A DNA stretch of 64,000 bases from Microthrixaceae bacterium (GCA_023957975.1 JAMLGM010000003.1:12024-76023); one strand, 5' to 3'. Shown: positions 9,538 to 18,348, counted from the first letter of the stretch. Program-made: numbers and translations. Notes: generated from the sequence alone by a model not told the origin.

Positions 9538-9586
9538 CCAATCCTCCGTGATTGGGTGTGGTGGAGCGGCCACGCTCCTCGTGGCC
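9538..9586 (-). promoter_or_regulatory. Two GGA-loop hairpins in the fliC 5' leader (candidate CsrA binding sites, the second covering the SD)
   Basis: The minus strand reads GGCCACG-AGGAG-CGTGGCC (9586..9568) and CCAATC-ACGGAG-GATTGG (9555..9538). The SD GGAGGA lies at 9547..9542, 10 nt before the ATG. Confidence 0.5.
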
Positions 9587-9617
9587 GTTGTCGGCTCGGG
9601 TCGAGTCGGCAGGTGAT

Positions 9618-9644
9618 GTATCGGCCGGCGGCCGCCGGTTCTGA
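9618..9644 (-). promoter_or_regulatory. Putative sigma-28-type promoter of fliC
   Basis: The minus strand reads CTTCAG-15 nt-GCCGATAC (TCAG = 9644..9641, GCCGATAC = 9625..9618), about 85 nt upstream of the fliC ATG. Confidence 0.5.
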
Positions 9645-9745
9645 AGCACTCATCCGAGAAATCGAACGGTTGAGTCGCCCGACCCGGCTGAGGCGACGGT
9701 CGTGGGTCCGACGGCCCTCGCCCGATTGCAGAGGTCGCCGATCGC

Positions 9746-9772
9746 TCAGGTTCTGACCGAGCTGGCCGATAA
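9746..9772 (+). promoter_or_regulatory. Putative sigma-28-type promoter of flgN-flgK-flgL
   Basis: The plus strand reads GCTCAG-15 nt-GCCGATAA (TCAG 9746-9749, GCCGATAA 9765-9772). The -10 ends 7 nt before the flgN ATG at 9780, which implies a leaderless or near-leaderless mRNA. Confidence 0.45.
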
Positions 9773-9779
9773 CGACACC

Positions 9780-10310
9780 ATGACTGTTGCCGACAACACG
9801 ACGACCGACATTGCCGCATCGCTCGACGAGCTGTCGCGCGTGTTGTGGAGACAGCGCGAACTCATCGAGCTGCTCGACTACCGCCTCGAGGTGCAACGGC
9901 TCGTGCTCATGGGCGGCCGACCCGACCACCTCCAGCGTGCACTCGGCGACGTGGAGACGGCGATGGACGAGATCCGCCGATTGGAGCGCAACCGCGACCT
10001 CGTCGTACGCGAATGTGCCGGTCGAATCGGTCTCGCACCAGATGCGACACTGTCGATGCTCAAAGATTCCGTTGCCGAACCGTGGTCCAGTCGACTCGCC
10101 GAGCACCAGAACGCATTGCTGGCGCTCGTGGCGGCGACCGAACGCAACGCTGCGGCCAATCGCGAGATCGCAGCGCAGGGGGCTGCGGAGACCCGAGGGG
10201 TGATCGATGAGATCACCGGCACCCCGTCGTTGTCCGGTTACGGCCCCAACGGAACCCGAAACAGCGGTGGTGGCCTCAGCCGTCCGGCGTTGATCGATCG
10301 GGAGGTTTGA
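9780..10310 (+). CDS. flgN: FlgN-like flagellar export chaperone
   Basis: Start at the internal ATG 9780 (MTVADNTTTDIAASLDELSRVLWRQRELIELLDYRLEVQRLVL). Helical protein of about 176 aa directly upstream of flgK-flgL. Confidence 0.55.
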   Translation: MTVADNTTTDIAASLDELSRVLWRQRELIELLDYRLEVQRLVLMGGRPDHLQRALGDVETAMDEIRRLERNRDLVVRECAGRIGLAPDATLSMLKDSVAEPWSSRLAEHQNALLALVAATERNAAANREIAAQGAAETRGVIDEITGTPSLSGYGPNGTRNSGGGLSRPALIDREV

Positions 10311-10311
10311 G

Positions 10312-11733
10312 ATGTCGACATTCGGCGGACTCAACACGGCGGTCAGCGGGCTCAATGCGCACAAGCGCTCCATCGAGGTCATCGGCCACAACGTCGCCAA
10401 CGTCAACACCGAAGGGTTTTCGCGGCGACAGGTCGTGCTCGAGCCGTCGGTCGGTCTGCGGACCGCGTCGAGGCACAACACGGGATTCTCCTGGTCGAAC
10501 CTCGGGGTGAACATCGCGACGGTTCACCGGGTGCGCGACGCCTTCCTCGACGCTCGCGCCCGTTCGAGCGCGGCCGGATCGTCGGAGGCCAACAAGCTGA
10601 CCGAGGTGCTCGGCACGCTCGAAGCAGCGATGCCCGAACCAGGTGACAACGGGTTGAACACCAAGCTCGCCAACTTCTGGAACGCGTTCTCAGATGCGGC
10701 GAACCAGCCGGGGGCCACCCCTCAACGCACGAGCGTGTTGGCCCAGGGGGAGTCGTTGGCGACCGGGATCCGAAACGCTGCGGAGAGCCTCCAGGTCGCT
10801 CACGACAACTATTCGAGGGAGCTGGGCGATGTGATCGCCGAGGTGAACTCGCTCAGCGATCAGGTGGCAGACCTCAACAGCCAGATTCGACAGTCCACGA
10901 TCTCGGGCATGAACGCGGCGGACATGATGGACCAGCGCGACGTATTGATCGATCGACTTGCCGCGTTGACCGGAGCGACGACACGTCCGGGCGAGTACAA
11001 CCAGACGACCGTGGTACTCGGAGGTAGCACTCTCGTGTCCGGAGAGTTACGCGAACACCTCGCCGTACGCGAGATCGGTCCGCTCAACCCCCCGCTCAAC
11101 AACCTCGACCCGCAGATGACCCAGGTGCAGTGGGCCCGTGACGGTTATGCGGCAGCGTCGCTCGGCGGCACGACCGGCGGCATCGTTGCAGCATTGAACG
11201 ACGTCATTCCGCGCTACATGAATGAACTCGACACCGTCGCTCAGACACTGATCTCCACGGTCAACGCACAACACCAACTCGGCGAGGGCCAAGACGCCGT
11301 CTCCGGCCGGAACTTCTTCGACGTCAGCGGCCCGGGGCCGGTCTCCAAGCGGATCATGTTGAGCTCCGACGTCGCCGGGCAGCCGCAGAACATCGCGTTG
11401 GCGGCATCGGGAGGCGGTGCCCTCGACGGGTCGAACGGGTACGCGCTCGCGGCGCTCATGACCTCCGCTACCGGCGCCAACGCGTCGTATGAATCGATGC
11501 TCGGTCGACTCGGGATCGAGGGGCAGGCCGCCGCTTCCCGGGCGGAGACCCAGGACCAGTTCGCACAACAGACCGAAACCCAACGTACGTCGGTGGCCGG
11601 GGTCAACGTCGATGAGGAGATGACCAACCTCATGATGTCCCAGCGCGCCTATGAGGCATCCGCGCGGATGCTGACCGCCATCGACGAACTGCTCGACGTT
11701 TTGATCAACCGCACCGGCATCGTCGGACGTTAG
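10312..11733 (+). CDS. flgK: Flagellar hook-associated protein 1 FlgK
   Basis: N-terminus MSTFGGLNTAVSGLNAHKRSIEVIGHNVANVNTEGFSRRQV and C-terminus EEMTNLMMSQRAYEASARMLTAIDELL. Confidence 0.9.
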   Translation: MSTFGGLNTAVSGLNAHKRSIEVIGHNVANVNTEGFSRRQVVLEPSVGLRTASRHNTGFSWSNLGVNIATVHRVRDAFLDARARSSAAGSSEANKLTEVLGTLEAAMPEPGDNGLNTKLANFWNAFSDAANQPGATPQRTSVLAQGESLATGIRNAAESLQVAHDNYSRELGDVIAEVNSLSDQVADLNSQIRQSTISGMNAADMMDQRDVLIDRLAALTGATTRPGEYNQTTVVLGGSTLVSGELREHLAVREIGPLNPPLNNLDPQMTQVQWARDGYAAASLGGTTGGIVAALNDVIPRYMNELDTVAQTLISTVNAQHQLGEGQDAVSGRNFFDVSGPGPVSKRIMLSSDVAGQPQNIALAASGGGALDGSNGYALAALMTSATGANASYESMLGRLGIEGQAAASRAETQDQFAQQTETQRTSVAGVNVDEEMTNLMMSQRAYEASARMLTAIDELLDVLINRTGIVGR

Positions 11734-11744
11734 GAGCCCATCTC

Positions 11745-12644
11745 ATGATGACCAGAGTCGCAACCTACGGCGGATCACGGTCGACGTTGGCGAACATCCA
11801 GCGGTCGTTCGTCCGCCTCGACCGCGCCCAGGAACAGGTCGTGACCGGCAAACGTGTTAACCGGGTGTCGGACAACCCGACCGACGGGGTGTCGTCGGTG
11901 ATCAATCGAACCCTGTTGAAGCGCCTCGAGCAATACGAGCGCAACGCAACCGAAGCCGACGCCTGGCTGCTCGCCAACGATTCGGCCCTCGCCGACAGTG
12001 CGACCAGCCTGATCTCGGCTCGCAGCCGACTCGTGCAGGTCGGTGGTGCGCCGGACGCCGTCGCTCGAAAGGCCATCGCCGACGAACTCCGTGCGACGGC
12101 GGAGACGATGATCGGAACGGCGAATGCGACCAAGGCCGGCCGCCAGATCTTCTCGGGAACTGCGGATGTCGCGACCGCGTACGCCCTCGATGGCTCATAT
12201 CTCGGCAACGCGACGCCGGTCACGATTCCGGTGTTCGATTCGATCGCCATCCGGGTCGACCGCACGGGTCCGGAGGTGTTTGGGGTCTACGACGCCGGCG
12301 ACCCCTCGGCGGGCAACATCTTCCAACAGCTTCGGTGGATGGCCGATGAGATCGAGGCGGGCAACGTGGCGGTGGCGGCCTCCGGGCTCGGCACGATCGA
12401 CCACGCGCTCGAACGCCTCGCGACCGCTCAGGTGGAGCTCGGAACACGCCACGCGCAACTCGAATCCATTCAGGCGAACATCGCCGGATCGAAGGTTTCG
12501 ACCACGGCTGCGATCTCCAAGAACGAGGACGTCGATGCCGCCGAGGCGATCATGAACTGGCGCACACGCCAAAGCGCTTATGAGTCGGCGTTGAAGGTCT
12601 CCGCTCAGACGATGCAACAGAGCCTGCTCGACTTCATTCGCTAG
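11745..12644 (+). CDS. flgL: Flagellar hook-associated protein 3 FlgL
   Basis: 299 aa. LDRAQEQVVTGKRVNRVSDNPTDG is a flagellin-N-like motif. C-terminus NWRTRQSAYESALKVSAQTMQQSLLDFI. Confidence 0.85.
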   Translation: MMTRVATYGGSRSTLANIQRSFVRLDRAQEQVVTGKRVNRVSDNPTDGVSSVINRTLLKRLEQYERNATEADAWLLANDSALADSATSLISARSRLVQVGGAPDAVARKAIADELRATAETMIGTANATKAGRQIFSGTADVATAYALDGSYLGNATPVTIPVFDSIAIRVDRTGPEVFGVYDAGDPSAGNIFQQLRWMADEIEAGNVAVAASGLGTIDHALERLATAQVELGTRHAQLESIQANIAGSKVSTTAAISKNEDVDAAEAIMNWRTRQSAYESALKVSAQTMQQSLLDFIR

Positions 12645-12652
12645 GCGACTGC

Positions 12653-12679
12653 TCATCTCTGCGGCGGCGCCGCCGATAG
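12653..12679 (+). promoter_or_regulatory. Putative sigma-28-type promoter in front of fliR-flhB-flhA
   Basis: The plus strand reads GCTCAT-15 nt-GCCGATAG (TCAT 12653-12656, GCCGATAG 12672-12679), in the 83-nt gap between the flgL stop and the fliR GTG. Confidence 0.4.
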
Positions 12680-12727
12680 TGAGGTGATGTCCGAGACGGT
12701 CGACTGCGCATCGTCGGCGAGGCCGCC

Positions 12728-13495
12728 GTGCGGTTGAGCCTCGACCCTCAGTTCTTCCTCGCGTTCATGTACGCCATGATCCGCTGCAGCGCGTGGTTGT
12801 TTCTCGCACCGCCGTTGCGCGGCAACGCCCCGGTCATGGTCCGGTCGGGGCTCGCGATGTCGCTCGGGCTGGTGATGGCGCCACGGCTCCTCAACGGCCC
12901 AGAGCCACTCGAGACCGATCTCGGTTCGATCCTGGCCGGGACGCTGCACAACGCCGTGATCGGCCTGGTGCTGGCGTTCGTCGTGTTCATGTTGTTCAGC
13001 GCCGTCTCCGCGGCGGGATCGATGATCGATACCTTCTCGACCCTGAGCTCCGCCCAGCTGTTCGACCCGATGCAGGCCGCGGCCGCCGGCCCGGTCAGTC
13101 GGCTCTACCAGATCCTCGGCACCGCGATGCTGTTCGCGACCAACGGCCACCTCATCTTGTTCGAGGGACTAGCGCGCACCTTCGATCTGTCGCCGGTGGA
13201 CGGATTGAGCTTCGAGCGGATCGGGGCCGTGGTCACCTCGGACCTTCAGACCTTCCTCCTCGCCGCGATGCAGATCGCCGCACCGATTCTGATCGCGTTG
13301 TTCCTCACCGAGATCCTCCTGGGTCTCGCATCGCGGGCCGCACCGAAACTCAACATCATGGCCATCGGCTTCGGGGTGAAGACGCTGGTGACGTTCATGC
13401 TGTTGGGGGCCGCGCTGCCGCTGGTGGCCTACTTCACCGGGCAACTCCTCCAGAAGTCGCTGGGCTCGATGAGCGCGATCGTGGGCGGAGGCTGA
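12728..13495 (+). CDS. fliR: Flagellar export gate protein FliR
   Basis: 255-aa polytopic membrane protein, FLAFMYAMIRCSAWLFLAPPL and later TM segments typical of FliR. GTG start with GAGG 5 nt upstream. Confidence 0.8.
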   Translation: MRLSLDPQFFLAFMYAMIRCSAWLFLAPPLRGNAPVMVRSGLAMSLGLVMAPRLLNGPEPLETDLGSILAGTLHNAVIGLVLAFVVFMLFSAVSAAGSMIDTFSTLSSAQLFDPMQAAAAGPVSRLYQILGTAMLFATNGHLILFEGLARTFDLSPVDGLSFERIGAVVTSDLQTFLLAAMQIAAPILIALFLTEILLGLASRAAPKLNIMAIGFGVKTLVTFMLLGAALPLVAYFTGQLLQKSLGSMSAIVGGG

Positions 13496-13496
13496 C

Positions 13497-14678
13497 GTGG
13501 CGGGAGGTGACAAGCATTCAAAGACCGAGGCCCCGACACAGAAGCGCAAGAAGGAGGCCCGCAAGGACGGACAGGTCATCCGCTCGGAGGACTTTGTCAC
13601 CTGGGCTTCGGTGCTGGTTGCCACGATGGTCATGCCCATGCTGGTCCGCAACGGTTCCAACGCGGCACGAGATGCGCTGGCGATGATGTTGCAGGTGGCC
13701 CGCCGCCCTGATGAAGGGGTGCTTGTGAGTTCGGTGGGCGAGGTCATGACCTCGACGCTGGGCGCCATCATGCCGACGGTGGTGATCATGATGGTCATCG
13801 CCGTCGTCGGCAACATGGCCCAGGTCGGCCTCTTGCTCACCGGTAAACCGTTGAGGCCGAAATTCGATCGTCTGAATCCGCTCAAAGGGTTCAAACGAAT
13901 GTTCTCCGTGCAAAGCGTCTGGGGAACGATCACCGCGCTGCTGAAGCTCACGGTGATCGTCGCGGTTGCCTACACGACGCTGCGTTCGTCGATTGCGGAG
14001 TTGGTCGCAGCATCTCCCCGGTCGATCTCCTCGCTGCTCGCCGAGGCTGCCTCGATGTCGATCTCCCTGGTTCGCACGATCGCCATCGCCGCGCTCCTGC
14101 TCGCAGCGTTCGACTACGCGTTCCAACGTTGGAAGCAGTACCGCGACATGCGGATGACGAAACAGGAGATCAAACAGGAGAGCCGGGATTCCGAAGGCGA
14201 TCCGCACGTGAAGGGTCGACAGCGCCAGCTGCGCATGCAGGCGTCGCGCAACCGAATGTTGGCCGCCATCAAAGATGCGAACGTCGTCATCACCAACCCG
14301 ACCCACGTGGCGATCGCCATCGAATACAAGGCGTCCTACGGCGTCCCTCGCGTCGTGGCACGAGGGGTCGACGCGTTGGCGATGAAGATCAAAGCGGAGG
14401 CGGCGACCCACAACATTCCTCAGGTCGAGTCGCGGCCCTTGGCCCGAACGCTCTACGCGCTGTGTCGTGTGGGAGAGGAGATCCCGCCGGAGTTGTATCA
14501 GGCCGTTGCGACGGTGTTGGCGTTCATCCAGCGCCTTTCCGATGCGCAGAGGACCTACGTATCGACCTTCGACCTTCACGTGCCGGACTCCTGGAGCGCA
14601 GACGGCGTGACGCCCGAGCGCGTCTCGCCGACGCGTCGCAAGATGTTGGAGCGACAGGCGGCCAAACATGCGACGTGA
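13497..14678 (+). CDS. flhB: Flagellar export protein FlhB
   Basis: N-terminus GDKHSKTEAPTQKRKKEARKDGQVIRSED, four TM segments, NPTH autocleavage motif (VVITNPTHVAIAIEY). Confidence 0.9.
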   Translation: MAGGDKHSKTEAPTQKRKKEARKDGQVIRSEDFVTWASVLVATMVMPMLVRNGSNAARDALAMMLQVARRPDEGVLVSSVGEVMTSTLGAIMPTVVIMMVIAVVGNMAQVGLLLTGKPLRPKFDRLNPLKGFKRMFSVQSVWGTITALLKLTVIVAVAYTTLRSSIAELVAASPRSISSLLAEAASMSISLVRTIAIAALLLAAFDYAFQRWKQYRDMRMTKQEIKQESRDSEGDPHVKGRQRQLRMQASRNRMLAAIKDANVVITNPTHVAIAIEYKASYGVPRVVARGVDALAMKIKAEAATHNIPQVESRPLARTLYALCRVGEEIPPELYQAVATVLAFIQRLSDAQRTYVSTFDLHVPDSWSADGVTPERVSPTRRKMLERQAAKHAT

Positions 14679-14807
14679 GCGGGTCCCTGGGTCGGGTGGC
14701 CCAGGAAATCATCGCGACCGCCTCAAGAATCCCGGCGAGTTGCCGAAGGGAAAGGACCTTCATGACGAAGGCGATGACCCGGCACGGAGGCCGTTGCGCG
14801 GACGCAG

Positions 14808-16901
14808 ATGCGTCCGATTCGTTTGGCACGCACGGGAGCATTCGTGAAGGAAAACAAGCTCGGCCTCGGCGCAGCAGCCTTCCCGTTCGCCGTCATCGCC
14901 GTCGTGGCGCTCATGGTGCTGCCGATTCCGACGCATCTGCTCGACGTGTTGTTGGCCTTCAACCTGGGCCTCGCCATGTTGATGTTGTTGGCGTCGTTGA
15001 ACGTCAAGCGGGCGCTCGACTTCTCGGCGTTCCCATCGCTGCTGCTCATCGCCACCCTGTTCCGCCTCGGCCTGAACGTCAGCACCTCACGGCTGATCCT
15101 CTCGCACGGGGATGCAGGCGAGGTCATCGAAGCATTCGGCAACTTCGTCGTCGGTGGCTCACTCGTCGTCGGCCTCGTCGTGTTCTTCATCCTGGTGATC
15201 ATCCAGTTCGTCGTCATCACCAACGGTGCCACCCGCGTTGCCGAGGTCGCCGCCCGGTTCACCCTCGACGCGATGCCCGGCAAGCAGATGGCGATCGACG
15301 CCGACCTCAACGCCGGGGTCATCGACGACGACGAGGCGCGGCGACGGCGCGAGGATGTCGCCGGAGAGTCCGACTTCTACGGCGCGATGGACGGTGCGTC
15401 GAAGTTCGTCAAGGGCGACGCCATCGCCGCGGTGATCATCACCGCGGTCAACCTCATCGGCGGACTGCTGGTAGGTGTTCTCCAAAAGGGCATGGACGTC
15501 GGCGATGCGGTGAGCACCTACTCGTTGCTCACCGTCGGCGACGGCCTTGTGTCGCAGATCCCTGCACTGTTGGTGTCGATTTCCTCGGGTCTGATCATCA
15601 CCCGAGCAGCGAGCAGCGGCGACCTCGGTAGCGATGTGATGGCGCAGTTCGCCCGTCAGCATCAGGCGTTGCTGATCGGTGGCGTCTCCCTCATCGCCAT
15701 GGGCTTGGTGCCCGGGCTGCCGACCCTGCCGTTCTTCGTCGTCGGAGGGCTGCTGGTTGTTCTGTCTCGCAGGATGTCCGCCGCTGCCGATGCATCGGAC
15801 CGGGCGGCCGCCGAGGCTCCGGCCCACCTCGAAGAGGAGGCCGATCCGAACTCGCCGGCCGAACTGACCCGGGCACTGCGCGTTGAACCGATCGGGCTGG
15901 AGCTGTCGATCGACCTGGTCGACCTCGTCGATCCCGGGTCGAACGGCGACCTGTTGGACCGGGTGCAGGCGCTTCGTCGAAAGCTCGTCGAGGAACTGGG
16001 CATCGTCATTCCGCCGGTGAGGACGCGTGACAACGTCGAGCTCGACCTCGGGACCTACGTGATACGGATTCACGGGGTGGAAGTGGCGCGAGGGATCGCC
16101 CCTGCGGGCAAGCTTCTCGTGATCGCCGACGACCTCAGCGTGTTCCCCGGTATGGAAGTGCTCGAACCCGTCTTCGGGCTTCCATCGAAGTGGGTGGGGC
16201 CAGAGCTGCGGTCGATGGCCGAAGCGATGGGCGCCACCGTCATCGACCGTTCGTCGGTGATCACGACCCATCTGGCCGAGGTGGCTCGCGAGCACGCCCC
16301 CGAGCTGTTGAGCCGCCAAGATGTCAAGACCCTCGTCGACCTGGTCCGCTCGACCGACAGCGCCGTGGTCGAGGACCTGATGGCCGCGGGGGTGAGCCTC
16401 GCCGAGACCCAGCAGGTACTCATGAGTCTGCTCGCCGAACAGGTTCCGATCCGGGATCTGTCGCGGATCCTCGAGGTCATCAGCGAGCGTTCGCGTCTGA
16501 CCCGCGATACCGAGTTGTTGGTCGAGGCCGTGCGTCAATCGCTGGGCCCGGCGATCTGCGCGTCGAACGCCCGCAACGGTCACCTCGCGGTCATCACCCT
16601 CGACCCGCTCATCGAACAGGGGTTGCTGGGGTCGCTGCAACGCAACGAGACAGGGTCGTTCCTCGCCCTCGACCCCGACACCGCGTCGCGGGTCGGCCAA
16701 GCGATCATGAGCCAGCTTCGCAGTGCCGAACAACTCGGCCATGAACCGGTGCTCGTCTGTGCGCCGAGTCTACGGCCCGCCATGCGAAGCTTCCTCGCCC
16801 GGACCATTCCTCACATGCCGGTGTTGTCCTATGAAGAACTCGCCGATCACCTCACGATCGACGCGCTCGGCTCGGTGACCCTGGAGGCCAGCAATGCATG
16901 A
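14808..16901 (+). CDS. flhA: Flagellar export protein FlhA
   Basis: 697 aa. ATRVAEVAARFTLDAMPGKQMAIDADL and GAMDGASKFVKGDAIA motifs, followed by a large cytoplasmic C-domain. Confidence 0.95.
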   Translation: MRPIRLARTGAFVKENKLGLGAAAFPFAVIAVVALMVLPIPTHLLDVLLAFNLGLAMLMLLASLNVKRALDFSAFPSLLLIATLFRLGLNVSTSRLILSHGDAGEVIEAFGNFVVGGSLVVGLVVFFILVIIQFVVITNGATRVAEVAARFTLDAMPGKQMAIDADLNAGVIDDDEARRRREDVAGESDFYGAMDGASKFVKGDAIAAVIITAVNLIGGLLVGVLQKGMDVGDAVSTYSLLTVGDGLVSQIPALLVSISSGLIITRAASSGDLGSDVMAQFARQHQALLIGGVSLIAMGLVPGLPTLPFFVVGGLLVVLSRRMSAAADASDRAAAEAPAHLEEEADPNSPAELTRALRVEPIGLELSIDLVDLVDPGSNGDLLDRVQALRRKLVEELGIVIPPVRTRDNVELDLGTYVIRIHGVEVARGIAPAGKLLVIADDLSVFPGMEVLEPVFGLPSKWVGPELRSMAEAMGATVIDRSSVITTHLAEVAREHAPELLSRQDVKTLVDLVRSTDSAVVEDLMAAGVSLAETQQVLMSLLAEQVPIRDLSRILEVISERSRLTRDTELLVEAVRQSLGPAICASNARNGHLAVITLDPLIEQGLLGSLQRNETGSFLALDPDTASRVGQAIMSQLRSAEQLGHEPVLVCAPSLRPAMRSFLARTIPHMPVLSYEELADHLTIDALGSVTLEASNA

Positions 16902-18348
16902 CCAAGCGCTCCTCGATATCGAAGGAGTCGCCGACCCCGAGGTGTCGACCCGATATCTGCAGTACGAGGGGTTCCCACTCGAAGCGGTGCTCGCCCGGGT
17001 CACGGCCGAACACGGGCCGTCCGCCACGATCACCGCGGCCGAACGCGTGCGGCGCGGCGGCGTTCGTGGCTTCTTCGCCCGCGAGGTGTTCCAGGTGGTC
17101 GTCGCCGTGCCCGACGACGCGGAGATCGATCCCGAGGACGTCGACGGTGCGCTGGGTCTCGAACTCGGGGAATCGGCTGAGTTCGGCGACGATCTCGTCG
17201 AGGAGGACTCCGAGCCGATCGACCTCACCGTGGGAGCCTTCGCGACCGATCAGCGCGTCGGTGGTCCGCAGGACGACGAGCTGTGGGCGTTGCTCGCGGC
17301 GCCGTTGCCGCGGGACCCAGAGCCTCGCGCTGCGGATCGTCGAGGGCAGCCGGGCTCCACCGTCGTCCCCCCGCCGTATCCGGGTGCGCCCGGCACCCCA
17401 ACCGACCCACACCTGATCCGACTCGCGCCGCCGCCGCCTCGCTGGCCGTCGACCCACCAGGAACCGCTGGTCGACGCCGTGGTTGAACCGGTGGTCGAGG
17501 CGGGGGTGGCCTCGCTGCCCTTCGTCGTCGACGTCGTCGAATCCGAAGCGATCCTCGCCGAACTGGTGCAACCGCTGAAGTCGCTCGGACCGATCGCCTC
17601 GACGACGCTCGTCGCCGGCCCGGCCCGCCGGTCGGGAGTCGAGTCGATCGCCGAACCCCGCGCCGAGGTCGTACGCGCCGAAGCGGTGCGTCATGCCAAA
17701 GCAGCGTTTCGGGCGAGTGAACCGTCACGCCCAGTCGTTTCGTCCCGTGCCGGCGGGCCCGAGGTGGACCTGTCGGCCATGCTGGGAGCCCTCGAGACCT
17801 CACTCGTAGCGGTTCCCGCACCGCCTGCGGCCGGGGTCATAGCGCTCGTCGGCGACCTCGCGGAAATCATCACCGCTGCGCAGAGCCTGGCGCGGCATCT
17901 GGGGGTGGCGGCCCACGATGTGCACGTTGTCGCTCGCGGTGCGTCGGCTTCGCCGGTCCTCGGCGTGGTCCGGCCACGCTCCGACGCGGCACGAAACCCG
18001 CAGAACCGGACCCTCGTCGCCATCGAACTGGCGGCCGGCCGCGACGGGCACGAGTGGACGCGCTCGGCGTTGGCAGCCCTCGATCCTCGTCAGATTCGAT
18101 TCGTCGCCGACGCTCGTCGGTATCTTTCCCATCAGCATTTCAGCGTTGCCGCGGTGGGAGGGGTCGACGTGGTCGACCTGAGTGGGGTTGGGGCGCTTGC
18201 CGAACCCGCCGATGCTCTGGCACTTGGTGTGCCGGTCGCGACCATCGACGGGCGCGGGGCAACCCCCGAAATGTGGGCGGCAGTGTTGCTGGCCCATCGC
18301 TGTTCACAACGACAAGGCACCACCTGGAGTGGTGCGGAGGATGAGTAG
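16894..18348 (+). CDS. FlhF-like protein with a degenerate (P-loop-less) SRP-GTPase-like C-domain
   Basis: 8-nt overlap with flhA. The N-terminus EAVLARVTAEHGPSATITAAERVRRGGVRGFFAREVFQVVVAV resembles the FlhF N-domain. The C-terminal segments VIALVGDLAEIITAAQSLA, LVAIELAAGRD and VDLSGVG sit where the G1, G3 and TKLD motifs would be, but the GxxGxGKT residues are missing. Confidence 0.4.
   Translation: MHDQALLDIEGVADPEVSTRYLQYEGFPLEAVLARVTAEHGPSATITAAERVRRGGVRGFFAREVFQVVVAVPDDAEIDPEDVDGALGLELGESAEFGDDLVEEDSEPIDLTVGAFATDQRVGGPQDDELWALLAAPLPRDPEPRAADRRGQPGSTVVPPPYPGAPGTPTDPHLIRLAPPPPRWPSTHQEPLVDAVVEPVVEAGVASLPFVVDVVESEAILAELVQPLKSLGPIASTTLVAGPARRSGVESIAEPRAEVVRAEAVRHAKAAFRASEPSRPVVSSRAGGPEVDLSAMLGALETSLVAVPAPPAAGVIALVGDLAEIITAAQSLARHLGVAAHDVHVVARGASASPVLGVVRPRSDAARNPQNRTLVAIELAAGRDGHEWTRSALAALDPRQIRFVADARRYLSHQHFSVAAVGGVDVVDLSGVGALAEPADALALGVPVATIDGRGATPEMWAAVLLAHRCSQRQGTTWSGAEDE

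Noticed and set aside
8710-9819. 369-aa version of the flagellin ORF starting at 9819
   Set aside because: The first 96 codons are R/P/S-rich, and would lie upstream of the putative promoter and run through the leader hairpins. The canonical flagellin N-terminus MRINNN has its own GGAGGA SD at ATG 9531.
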